DNA of 49,820 bases, from assembly GCA_034660555.1 (NCBI GenBank), contig JAYEJL010000085.1:1-49820 (forward strand), given 5' to 3'. This stretch comes from Thermotogota bacterium (GTDB lineage: Bacteria; Thermotogota; Thermotogae; Petrotogales; Kosmotogaceae). The position numbers were made by a program, and so were the translations under genes. The notes under the pieces are model-generated. The model worked only from the letters and a program-made list of their open reading frames with translations. It did no database searches and was not told where the DNA came from. Shown in pieces: positions 41,236 to 49,820 of this stretch; position 1 is the first letter of the stretch, and each line of letters begins with the position of its first letter.

Positions 41236-42192
41236 ATGTTACAATGCGCTGTTGGTATTGATCTGGGTGGCACAGATACCAAAATTGGAATAGTTGATGA
41301 AAATGGCGATATATTATTAAAGAAAACAATATCAACAAAAGTTGAAAATGGGAAAGTTGATGTAATTAATAGAATAAGCGAATGTGTGAACGAACTGACT
41401 GAAGAATTGTACAGTAAATACCCTTCAATGAAACTCTTGGGGGTAGGGGTTGGTTCACCAGGGCAGATTGATAAAGAGAAAGGTGTCGTGCTGTTTTCTC
41501 CAAACTTTCCTGACTGGAGAAATTTCGGTGTTGTTCCTCTTATTGAAGAGCGGACAAAAATTAACTGTTATATCGAAAATGATGCGAACTCTTTTGTTCT
41601 TGGAGAATGGGCCTTTGGAAATCACAAAGGATCGAACCATATCATTGGTCTTACACTTGGAACAGGTGTGGGAAGCGGTGTGATCTCACATGGACAATTA
41701 ATAACTGGATACAATGGTTACGCTTCGGAATTGGGGCATATGATTATTGATTCGGACGGCCCCATATGTGGTTGCGGCTCACATGGATGTGTTGAAGCCT
41801 TTGCGTCTGCTACTGCAATGATTAATTATGCTAACGAGTCACGAAAAAGATTTCCTGATTCGCTAATTTTTAAATCGGATAGAATAAATGCGAAAACCAT
41901 TATAGAAGCTGCAAAAGATAATGATAAATTGGCTGTAATGATCTTCCGAAGGATGGTCAAAGCCCTGGCAATAGCAACAGGTAATTTTATTCACATTTTT
42001 AATCCCGAAGTTATTATATTTGGCGGCGGAATAAGCAGAGCCGGTTCTTTTCTTCTTGATGCCATTAAGGAAGAATATCGGAAATATACCATGTTATCTT
42101 TTCAAGATACTGCAGCAATAGAATTGAGTAATCTGGTTGAGGACGCTGCAATAAAAGGAGCTTCTTCTATAGTTTTCTATCGACTAAGTTAG
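41236..42192 (+). CDS. ROK-family sugar kinase (glucokinase)
   Basis: GIDLGGT, ENDAN, LGTGVGSG, ELGH, CGCGSHGCVE; no N-terminal HTH. Confidence 0.92.
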   Translation: MLQCAVGIDLGGTDTKIGIVDENGDILLKKTISTKVENGKVDVINRISECVNELTEELYSKYPSMKLLGVGVGSPGQIDKEKGVVLFSPNFPDWRNFGVVPLIEERTKINCYIENDANSFVLGEWAFGNHKGSNHIIGLTLGTGVGSGVISHGQLITGYNGYASELGHMIIDSDGPICGCGSHGCVEAFASATAMINYANESRKRFPDSLIFKSDRINAKTIIEAAKDNDKLAVMIFRRMVKALAIATGNFIHIFNPEVIIFGGGISRAGSFLLDAIKEEYRKYTMLSFQDTAAIELSNLVEDAAIKGASSIVFYRLS

Positions 42193-42853
42193 GTTTTAAT
42201 TTTTGGGTAAGAATATGAGCTCTTCTCGTTGGTTCTGGAATTTTGAAGGTTTTTGTGAATGCTAGGGTTATTCTTACTGAACTAACAACGTCTATCATAT
42301 GACCCGGTGAAACAAAAACAGGTTTGGTGTTTGTTCTGGTTCTCAGTACAGCACCAATTATTTCGTTTTCTTTACCAAACAATGCTGACCAGTTTCCTTT
42401 CGTTCTTTCAGGTTCATCAAACGTACCAAACAACTTGCTTTTAGCAATGCCTATGGTTGGCATTTGCAAAAAAAGACCCATGTGAGCTGCCAGGCCCAAT
42501 CCTCTTGGATGAGCAATTCCCTGACCGTCAAAAAAGAACAGGTCAGGTTTCGATTTAAGTTTTTTTAGTGTTTTTAGAAATAGTGGTCCCTCTCTAAAGG
42601 AAAGTAATCCGGGTATATAAGGAAAGTCTACTTTATCAGTATGCTGTACATAATCAATAACATTAGACTGTTTATCTAAGATAACAATTACGCATAAACC
42701 AACATATTTTGAAGGAAAAGAGACATCTACTCCTGCAACTAATTTGGGTATTTTGCTTACATTTTTGTGAATGAGTCTTTGTTTCAGTTCATTTTGCAGT
42801 GAAACAGCTTCGCTATAACTAAGTTTCCATTTATGTAGCTTTACATAATTCAA
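42167..42853 (-). CDS. nfi: Endonuclease V
   Basis: AGVDVSF, FPYIPGLLSFRE, DGQGIAHPRGLGLA, VSPGH, PEPTR; TTG 42853 behind SD AAGGGGTGG (GTG 42862 is the alternative). Confidence 0.96.
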   Translation of the reverse strand: MNYVKLHKWKLSYSEAVSLQNELKQRLIHKNVSKIPKLVAGVDVSFPSKYVGLCVIVILDKQSNVIDYVQHTDKVDFPYIPGLLSFREGPLFLKTLKKLKSKPDLFFFDGQGIAHPRGLGLAAHMGLFLQMPTIGIAKSKLFGTFDEPERTKGNWSALFGKENEIIGAVLRTRTNTKPVFVSPGHMIDVVSSVRITLAFTKTFKIPEPTRRAHILTQKLKPNLVDRKL

Positions 42854-42868
42854 AGTTACCACCCCTTA

Positions 42869-42898
42869 TTGGAATTATAAGGGTATATGCGGTAAAAT
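42869..42898. promoter_or_regulatory. Candidate overlapping divergent promoters nfi/dnaN
   Basis: Minus strand TATAAT at 42879-74; plus strand TTGGAA(42869-74)-N18-TAAAAT(42893-98). Confidence 0.45.
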
Positions 42899-42931
42899 TA
42901 CACACAGAGAGCATAATTTGGGGGTGTTTTG

Positions 42932-44035
42932 ATGGAGTTTTCTATAAAGAAGTCGGATATTCTATCCAAACTCGAAACAGTTTCAAGCGCTGTTGCAAGT
43001 AAAACTGTAAAACCAGTGTTATCTGGAGTGTTATTCAAAACAATAGACGAAAAGAAAATAGAGCTTGTTGCAACTGATCTTGAAACATCTATTAAAACGT
43101 TTGTAGAACCGGACAAGCTTAATGATGGAGAAGCTTTTGTGGTTGAAGCTAAGGTGTTACTTGAGATAGTTAGAAGCCTTCGTGAAGGAGTCATAGATTT
43201 CAAAATTGAAGAAAACAACCTGACAGTCGAAATGGGACAGAGTTTTTTTACGTTGCCAACGATGGATGCTTCTGAATTTCCAGAGATTTCGCCTACAGAA
43301 GGTGGAATTAAACTGGAAACATCTGTTACCAATCTGGAATTAATGATAGAGCGATCAATCTTTTGTGCTGCAAAAGATGAGTTTATGAGGAATTTAAATG
43401 GAATTTACTGGGAGCTTGAAGACGGTTACCTAAGGCTTGTTGGTGCAGATGGATTTAGACTCGCGCTGGTAGAGAAGAAGATTGAAACAGATGTTGAGGA
43501 CCATTTCTTACTGGCGCTTAAAAGTATGAAGGATTTACAAACAAGCATGAAAAATGCGTCTTCAGATAAAATGCTTATTGAATACGACGGTTCTCGAGTC
43601 GGTTTTTACTTCAACGATACGGAAATGATAGCAAGGGTTGTGGATGCAGAATTCCCGGATTATAAAAAAGTTCTGCCAAAGGCATTTAAGACAAAAGTAG
43701 TTGTGGACTCAGCTGATTTTATGGCTGCCGTTAAGAGGACTTCAATTACAGCAAGATTAGGCAGTGAGTCTGTTAAACTTGAAATTGAGGAAGACAGAAT
43801 GAAATTACTTGCAAAAAGTCCGGAGCATGGTGAGGCAAAAGAAGAAATTATGGTAAAAAAAGATGGTGAAGACCTTACCATTGCGTTTAATCCTAAGTTC
43901 CTTATGGAGTCCATGAAGAACATCGATGCAGATGAAACGGAATTGAATTTTGTTGATTCAAACAGCCCTCTACAAATAAATCCTATCGACGTTGAAGGTT
44001 ATCTTTATATTATAATGCCAATTCGCCTGATATGA
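42932..44035 (+). CDS. dnaN: DNA polymerase III beta sliding clamp
   Basis: ATDLE, DGFRLA, FPDYKKV, IAFNPKF, IMPIR. Confidence 0.97.
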   Translation: MEFSIKKSDILSKLETVSSAVASKTVKPVLSGVLFKTIDEKKIELVATDLETSIKTFVEPDKLNDGEAFVVEAKVLLEIVRSLREGVIDFKIEENNLTVEMGQSFFTLPTMDASEFPEISPTEGGIKLETSVTNLELMIERSIFCAAKDEFMRNLNGIYWELEDGYLRLVGADGFRLALVEKKIETDVEDHFLLALKSMKDLQTSMKNASSDKMLIEYDGSRVGFYFNDTEMIARVVDAEFPDYKKVLPKAFKTKVVVDSADFMAAVKRTSITARLGSESVKLEIEEDRMKLLAKSPEHGEAKEEIMVKKDGEDLTIAFNPKFLMESMKNIDADETELNFVDSNSPLQINPIDVEGYLYIIMPIRLI

Positions 44036-44517
44036 TGCTTGATGAAGAATTATATAGAATTGGTTTTGGCTGGGATGTACATCGAATTGAAAAAGAAAAG
44101 GGCAGTCTTTACGTTGGAGGAATAAAGGTTTCTGATGATTTTCGAGCTATAGCTCATTCCGATGGTGATGCACTTATTCACTCTTTAATTGATGCAATTC
44201 TTGGTGCACTCTCTAAAGGAAATATTGGTGTCATGTTTCCTGCAGATGAAAAAAACAGAGGTCGTAGAAGTACAGAATTACTGAAAGAAGCCATTGATGT
44301 ACTGAAAAATAGTTCATTCAGAGTTGTTAATATAGATAGTACCGTTATAATCAAAGAAGTCAATTTGGGAGATCAAATAAATGAAATGGTAGCACTCTTA
44401 TCTAATAAGCTTGATATTGATAAAAGAAGAATAAGTATCAAACCAAAATCTGGCAATGGCATTTACGAAAGAGTTTTAATGGCTTATAGTACTTTATTAT
44501 TGGAGAGAAGAGGGTGA
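44032..44517 (+). CDS. ispF: 2-C-methyl-D-erythritol 2,4-cyclodiphosphate synthase
   Basis: RIGFGWDVH, AHSDGDALIH, NIDSTV. Confidence 0.93.
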   Translation: MMLDEELYRIGFGWDVHRIEKEKGSLYVGGIKVSDDFRAIAHSDGDALIHSLIDAILGALSKGNIGVMFPADEKNRGRRSTELLKEAIDVLKNSSFRVVNIDSTVIIKEVNLGDQINEMVALLSNKLDIDKRRISIKPKSGNGIYERVLMAYSTLLLERRG

Positions 44518-44521
44518 AACT

Positions 44522-45724
44522 TTGCCAGAATACAAATATGAAGCAGTATCACAGAATGGAAAAAAGCAAAAAGGTAGAATAAATGCAGGAACTCAGCTTG
44601 AAGCCCTTCAATTGCTAAACAGTCAGGGCTATGTTGTAACATCAATCAATGTTATATCAAAAGAGAGGAAATCCAATACTACAGCACTTTTTCCAATAGG
44701 AAAGAATGAATTAAGCATTTTTGCCAGACAGTTATCCACGATGGTATCTTCTGGCGTGAGAATCAGGGAAGCGTTACAGGTCTTATCAAATCAACAGGTA
44801 TTTTCCGGAAGATTTAGAAGAATTCTATCCAATATTGTTGTCTCTATAGAAGGAGGACTTAGTTTTAGTGAAGCCCTTGAAAAGACTGGAGTTTTTGATA
44901 AATTATTTATCAATCTTGTACGTGCAGGTGAAGCTGGTGGTGTACTTGATGAATCCCTGGAAAGGGTTGCAGATTTCTATGAAGGAATGGTAGATCTGCA
45001 AAACCAGGTAAAGTCTGCTATGTCTTATCCGCTTTTTATGATGGCTTTTGCCATCGGTATTGTTGGGGTTATCTCGTTCTTTATTCTTCCAAACCTTATA
45101 AGTGCCTTCGGAGGTAATTTTGAACCCAGCGGAACGATGGGAATTTTGCTATCCATGAATGAAATATTGAAAAACCACTGGTTGTTAATTTTGATAGGTG
45201 CAGTAGGCTTATTTGTAGGTTTAAAGATTTTTATGAAGACTAAATATGGAAGGCTTTTCAAGGAAAAGCTTGGTTCATTAATACCTCCCATAAAAAGATT
45301 GAGAGACATGACCGCACTTGACCGTTTCACAAGAACACTTGCTGTACTTGTATCAAGTGGAGTTGATCTTCCAACCGGATTGGAATTGGCTGGTGAAGTT
45401 TCAGAAAGCCCGAGGGTATATAAAGCAACTATAAATGCTGTAGATGCAATCAAAGGTGGAGAGGCAATACACACTGCACTCGAAAAACAGAAAGTCTTTC
45501 CTTCAATTGTAATCAGTATGATTGCCATCGGTGAAGAAACAGGTAGACTTGATGATGTTATGTTTAAGGTTTCAGATTTTTATCATGCTCAGGTATCAAC
45601 TGCTCTAAAGAAACTCGTGTCTCTTGTAGAACCGATAATGATAATGTTTATAGGCGGTTTTATTGGATTCCTGGCATATACGATGTATAACGCTATCTTT
45701 TCCATGGAACAGAGTCTTGGTTAA
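44522..45724 (+). CDS. pilC: Type IV pilus/T2SS inner-membrane platform protein (PilC/GspF)
   Basis: FARQLSTMVSSGV, AGEAGGVLD, SAMSYP, IGEETGRLD, LVEP. Confidence 0.93.
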   Translation: MPEYKYEAVSQNGKKQKGRINAGTQLEALQLLNSQGYVVTSINVISKERKSNTTALFPIGKNELSIFARQLSTMVSSGVRIREALQVLSNQQVFSGRFRRILSNIVVSIEGGLSFSEALEKTGVFDKLFINLVRAGEAGGVLDESLERVADFYEGMVDLQNQVKSAMSYPLFMMAFAIGIVGVISFFILPNLISAFGGNFEPSGTMGILLSMNEILKNHWLLILIGAVGLFVGLKIFMKTKYGRLFKEKLGSLIPPIKRLRDMTALDRFTRTLAVLVSSGVDLPTGLELAGEVSESPRVYKATINAVDAIKGGEAIHTALEKQKVFPSIVISMIAIGEETGRLDDVMFKVSDFYHAQVSTALKKLVSLVEPIMIMFIGGFIGFLAYTMYNAIFSMEQSLG

Positions 45725-45732
45725 AAGGTTAG

Positions 45733-46113
45733 ATGAATCTTACTGAGATCTTGATGGTGCTTTTTATTTTCGGAATTGTGCTAACAATTATCGGTATTAA
45801 TGTGAACGCAATCAGTCGCTCATGCAACATCATATTTTCTAAAATAAGGTTCGATTGTTTTTTGGAGGAAGCAAGATATAGAGCAATAACCGGTTCAAAA
45901 AGAATTACCATATATTATCAGAGGGATGATGAATGTTTTATAACATCTGAAGGAAAGGAATTCAATGGTTTTCTAGGTTACAATTCTGGCAATGTGATCA
46001 TTGGATTTAGTGAAACAGGTGCATTTTTTGTTGTAAGCGGAAGTACAACATTTTACTTTGAAGATAATTCAAAATTGACAATATTACCGGTTACGGGACA
46101 ATTGCGTTATTAG
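45733..46113 (+). CDS. Type IV pilin-like (minor pilin/pseudopilin) protein
   Basis: MNLTEILMVLFIFGIV: Glu+5 in a hydrophobic N-helix; ARYRAI resembles FimT/GspH-type pilins. Confidence 0.7.
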   Translation: MNLTEILMVLFIFGIVLTIIGINVNAISRSCNIIFSKIRFDCFLEEARYRAITGSKRITIYYQRDDECFITSEGKEFNGFLGYNSGNVIIGFSETGAFFVVSGSTTFYFEDNSKLTILPVTGQLRY

Positions 46114-46124
46114 GGGGAAGACGG

Positions 46125-47159
46125 GTGTTTGATCAGTTCATTACCACGCTTTATTCAGGCAAAGTAAATACCGAAATAACAAGGGCTCTAGTAAAGGGTA
46201 ACAAAATAGAACTTGTATTCCACACTTTGCAAATTGGTGAAGATTCGTTAGAAAAGGCATGTGAGATTTATTTCGAAAACAACACCATCCCGCCTGATGA
46301 AGTATTTGTTACCTCAATTCATCCATCCAAAGCGGTTTTTCAACAGCTAGAAATGCCCAGTGTGAAAAATAAAAAGAGTTTTCTTCGAATAGCAAACTTT
46401 AAAATAGCTACCCAGTTTTCTCTATCTCCCGAGGAAATAATAGTTAGTCCTTTAACTAGTGTTAAGGCTATACAATCGGGAATTGTCCCAACCATTGCAG
46501 TTGCAAGAAATACAATTTTGAAAGAAAGACTAACCAAACTGAGTAATCTTGGATTTCCTGACCCTGATATTGTTGATATCAATCCCTTTCCAATAATGAA
46601 AGTTACACCTGAAAGCATCCTTGATGGCTTTTCTTTTGTATTTCTTGTTGATTATGATTTTTCAATGTTTATGGTTGTAAAGCAAAAAGAAATTGTTGGG
46701 CTGAATTATATCGACAATGGTTTTTCTGAATTAATCGAAAACATTGAAGATGATTTTTCATTAGATCCGGATGAAATAGTACTGAGCTTTTTTAATTCCA
46801 CCGAGAATGTTGAAGAAAGCCTTATAGAAAAATTTTCGGATATGCTTGAATCCATCCTTGGATATCAACTGAGAATGTACATTACGAATACACTATCAAA
46901 CTCTCCCAATATGACTCAATCAGAGGAGGATGCTTATAACAAAGTATTTGTGAGATCTCAATCAAACCTATCCACAGCGATTTACAAAGAAACCCTTAAC
47001 AGGATTCTGGAGGGTGAAAAAATAGTGAACAGTCTCCCTTTAAGATATGATAAGCCTATAACACCTACTTTTACGTCACAGGGGATGCTATTGCGAGGAG
47101 GTGAGTATCTTGGAAGACATAAGCTTGCATTCAAAGAAGCGTTCAATAAAGATGTTTGA
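46125..47159 (+). CDS. PilM-like cytoplasmic pilus assembly protein (divergent)
   Basis: Position and patterns VFQQLEMP, LGFPDPDIVDINPF, FLVDYDFS; weak similarity. Confidence 0.55.
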   Translation: MFDQFITTLYSGKVNTEITRALVKGNKIELVFHTLQIGEDSLEKACEIYFENNTIPPDEVFVTSIHPSKAVFQQLEMPSVKNKKSFLRIANFKIATQFSLSPEEIIVSPLTSVKAIQSGIVPTIAVARNTILKERLTKLSNLGFPDPDIVDINPFPIMKVTPESILDGFSFVFLVDYDFSMFMVVKQKEIVGLNYIDNGFSELIENIEDDFSLDPDEIVLSFFNSTENVEESLIEKFSDMLESILGYQLRMYITNTLSNSPNMTQSEEDAYNKVFVRSQSNLSTAIYKETLNRILEGEKIVNSLPLRYDKPITPTFTSQGMLLRGGEYLGRHKLAFKEAFNKDV

Positions 47160-47664
47160 TTTTGTTCTATTACTTATTGTAGGTTTAGGTATGGTTTTTG
47201 CCGGGCATTTTGTCATTTCCAGGATATTTGCCGGAAATCTTGATAATCTTTCAAGAAGTAAAAGCTTTTTGCTTAACGAATTGAATTTAGAACTAACGGG
47301 AAATCAAGCCAGAGATTTAGAACTCGTAAAAAAAGAGAGGGAATCGCTGAATTTAGAATTTGGTAAATACAACAGAAGTATTAATGAACTTATCTCACAT
47401 ATTGATTCGAAGGAAAATGATGTTCTTTTTCTAAATATAGTCGAAGCCTATCTTTCTGATACAAAAGCACTTCAAACTACTTTCAATAAGCTTGAATATA
47501 ATGGTGACACCGGTGAAGTGCTATATTATGTAGTTTACGAGCAAAATAAAATTTCCGAAAAACTGAGTCCCCTGGAAGTACCTAACAATGTAGTTGTTAA
47601 TATCAGCAGAACGGAGTTCAGCGATTATGTTCTTAAGCTGGTTAATTTGCAGGTGGGTGAGTAA
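47110..47664 (+). CDS. PilN-like bitopic membrane protein
   Basis: TTG 47110 after GAGGAGGTG; single TM plus coiled-coil; position. Confidence 0.5.
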   Translation: MEDISLHSKKRSIKMFDFVLLLIVGLGMVFAGHFVISRIFAGNLDNLSRSKSFLLNELNLELTGNQARDLELVKKERESLNLEFGKYNRSINELISHIDSKENDVLFLNIVEAYLSDTKALQTTFNKLEYNGDTGEVLYYVVYEQNKISEKLSPLEVPNNVVVNISRTEFSDYVLKLVNLQVGE

Positions 47665-47665
47665 G

Positions 47666-48214
47666 ATGGCTGAAAACGAAAACAAGAACATAACCCTCAT
47701 TTCACCAAAATACAAAAAGAGAGCTAAAAAAGGATTATCCCGCCTGGATAAGAAAGCTATTTCAGCAAAAACAGCAATAATTGTATTGCTATGCGTCATT
47801 TTGCCTACTTTTGGATATTTTGTGGCATTTTACGCTTATACTGGATTAACCTCTGTTGAAAATTTAACGAGAGAGATTAATGAACTGGAAAATACTTTCA
47901 AGTCAGTACAACAGCTCAAGCAAGTTTACAATAATACCATTGATAAACTGGTCAAACTTAGTAAAACTGATGAAATTGCAGCAAAACTTGATTTATCTTC
48001 ACAGCCTGGAGAGTATAATGATATAAAGTATAAAGCGGGACCTGAAGAAATGCTACCTTTAGTAAATATGCTATTCACAGATCCGGGAATAAAAATCAAT
48101 TCTATATTACTGCGGTCCAATCTTGGTTTTCCTGTGTTATCTAAAACACGGTTAGAATCTGGAGTCATGTTAGAATTAAATGTTAACTACACCATTTCAA
48201 GGCAAATCCAATGA
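47666..48214 (+). CDS. PilO-like bitopic membrane protein
   Basis: ATG 47666; basic N-terminus, TM, coiled-coil, small beta domain; position. Confidence 0.5.
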   Translation: MAENENKNITLISPKYKKRAKKGLSRLDKKAISAKTAIIVLLCVILPTFGYFVAFYAYTGLTSVENLTREINELENTFKSVQQLKQVYNNTIDKLVKLSKTDEIAAKLDLSSQPGEYNDIKYKAGPEEMLPLVNMLFTDPGIKINSILLRSNLGFPVLSKTRLESGVMLELNVNYTISRQIQ

Positions 48215-48226
48215 GAGGGTTTTGAT

Positions 48227-48664
48227 ATGATCAAACTTGCCTTCCGGATTGTGATTATTATTGGACTGACCGCAGCAGTAATATCTCTGGTGGTATTATT
48301 GCAACCGATGCTGATTTTAACATCCGGAAATGGGTTACCGCCACCGGGTCAAATAGATACCAGTATACTGGAAGTAAAGGTAGAGATGAAAAATCATTTT
48401 ATTCCTTTATATGCTTCCCAGGAAGAAGTAGTACAGTCCATGGTAGATATTGGAGAGGAAGCAACATCATTAAACTATAAGGGTTACTTCGTTGTAAAGG
48501 GTATAGAATATGCCATGCTTGAAACAAATGGTGAGAAACGGATAACCCGCGTTGGAGATAGTATCGGTAATTATCTTGTATACGGAATAACCGAATTCGC
48601 TGTTTTACTTAATGATACGAGAAACAACGATTTTATCGTTGCAAGATCGCTTGATGAAGATTGA
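48227..48664 (+). CDS. PilP/GspC-like protein
   Basis: N-terminal TM, Pro-rich linker, C-terminal YKGYF..AML..RVGDSIGNYLVYGI beta domain. Confidence 0.55.
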   Translation: MIKLAFRIVIIIGLTAAVISLVVLLQPMLILTSGNGLPPPGQIDTSILEVKVEMKNHFIPLYASQEEVVQSMVDIGEEATSLNYKGYFVVKGIEYAMLETNGEKRITRVGDSIGNYLVYGITEFAVLLNDTRNNDFIVARSLDED

Positions 48665-48700
48665 TAAAAGGGGCCATATTAACTTATTGGGGTGATTGTT

Positions 48701-49820
48701 ATGAAAAAGATTAAACAGTCTATTATCTGGTTCTTTGTTATTTTTACTTTGATTGCAGGTACAAGTATGGCTGGTGCTCTGGAATCGATCATACCAGGGT
48801 CAGAACCTGAATCGGTCTATATAACATTTGTTTTCTCCAGCTCAGTAGAGGAGGAAAGTGTTACCTTCAATGCCAACCCTTCAAAAACAATCTACTCTCT
48901 TGAAATAGAAAATATGACAGGAAAAAACATGGACTTACCCCTGCGCAACGGTCCTGTTGAGGGAATGTGGACAAGAATGCTGGATAACGACCGTTTCATG
49001 GTCAATGTTGCCCTGCTTGTTCCAGCAAAGGAAGAACCAGAATTGACCGTTGAGGAAAATCAAATCACTCTGAAGTTTTGGCGCTCCAGCAAGAAGGTTT
49101 CAGTAGACAGATTCAAAGCTTATGGCATGGACATAAAATCAGTGATTTCTTATCTTTTCGGAACGGATTTGCTCAATCTACCTTATGTGGTCACCCCTTT
49201 AATAAGTAACATAAGAGTAAATATTGGTTTTTCTTCTACATATCCCGAAGATATATTGAGAAATGTATTGATATCTCTTGGGAAAAAAGTTGGTTACGCT
49301 TATTTAACTGATGGTACTTTCTATATGGGAACACCTGAAGAAGTAACAGATGTTGTTAATGCTTTCTGGAAAACCTATGTTGGTGTTGACATAAAAACAG
49401 GAGATGGAATTACAGGCGAACTTGATAAAATCAGAAATCGGTTACCCATTGAAGCCTTCCTTGAATATCTGCCAAACATGTCAACATTACTAGCCTTTGG
49501 TGATCTTGAGACACATATGATGTTATCGGAACTCCTGACAAGCTCGTACATAACTGAAGAATATTCAGTTGATAAGAATGTTGCCGAATTTGTTAGTTTT
49601 GATGATTTGGTAGCTTTTGGTAGGCAGATAGCAAGACTTTTATGTGAGAACGATGTAGTAATAGAGGCAATTCCACAGTTAAACAAACTTATCATTTCTG
49701 GAAAAGAAAACGATGTTAATAAAGTAATAGATTACTTAAATCAGTTCAAATCACAGATTAAGGAAAGCGCTGAATCCGATGAAATGAGACGTATTGAAAT
49801 AACACTTCCTGAAAATTTTA
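48701..49820 (+). CDS. Secretin (PilQ/GspD-like), 5' part; runs off the right edge
   Basis: Hand-translated open frame from ATG 48701 to the window end (MKKIKQSIIWFFVIFTLIAGTSMA signal peptide); secretin N-domain-like segment EAIPQLNKLIISGKENDVNKVIDYL; follows pilMNOP-like genes. Secretin core domain not visible in the window. Confidence 0.7.
   Translation, partial: MKKIKQSIIWFFVIFTLIAGTSMAGALESIIPGSEPESVYITFVFSSSVEEESVTFNANPSKTIYSLEIENMTGKNMDLPLRNGPVEGMWTRMLDNDRFMVNVALLVPAKEEPELTVEENQITLKFWRSSKKVSVDRFKAYGMDIKSVISYLFGTDLLNLPYVVTPLISNIRVNIGFSSTYPEDILRNVLISLGKKVGYAYLTDGTFYMGTPEEVTDVVNAFWKTYVGVDIKTGDGITGELDKIRNRLPIEAFLEYLPNMSTLLAFGDLETHMMLSELLTSSYITEEYSVDKNVAEFVSFDDLVAFGRQIARLLCENDVVIEAIPQLNKLIISGKENDVNKVIDYLNQFKSQIKESAESDEMRRIEITLPENF

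Noticed and set aside
42863..42931. oriC next to dnaN
   Set aside because: Spacer is only about 70 nt, with no dnaA, no box array and no unwinding element.
714..49695. Dozens of 60-170 aa antisense or alternate-frame ORFs in the track
   Set aside because: All lie within well-supported genes and have the Ser/Phe/Ile-rich composition expected from the reverse complement of K/E-rich coding DNA; no motifs.
1..49820. rRNA, tRNA, CRISPR arrays, IS elements, prophage or defence genes
   Set aside because: None seen; intergenic gaps are all under about 130 nt, with no spaced repeats, cloverleafs, or transposase or integrase motifs.

Overview
AT-rich bacterial core-genome window, almost entirely + strand. 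It is most consistent with Thermotogota, inferred from protein features resembling those I recall for Thermotoga (L4 and L6 insertions, N-extended L22, SecA lacking the Zn-binding tail, Thermotoga-like Rho core) and from gene order. Left to right: a decayed class II CPD photolyase (nonsense codon plus frameshift, runs off the left edge); a tandem HD-domain protein; a run of CBS-ACT, uppP, MBL hydrolase, glgA, galT-like, gatC, yraN, pgm, hypothetical, truA, exported protein, secA and prfB; a mini dcw cluster (rsmH, ftsL-like, ftsI-like) with holA; the fused str-S10-spc-alpha ribosomal superoperon (rpsL to rplQ, including rpmJ, missed by the ORF track); transaldolase, rho, ROK kinase, nfi, dnaN and ispF; and a type IV pilus/competence-like pilC-pilin-pilMNOPQ cluster whose secretin runs off the right edge. 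I saw no rRNA, tRNA, CRISPR array or mobile element, and no clearly new multi-gene system. The best leads are at nucleotide level: a Rho with a long charged disordered N-terminus behind a C-rich structured leader, hairpins between the SD and start codon of rpoA, rho and rpsL, an apparent ATA start for ftsI, S12 Arg88, and the photolyase pseudogene. All family assignments come from motif recognition, not database searches.
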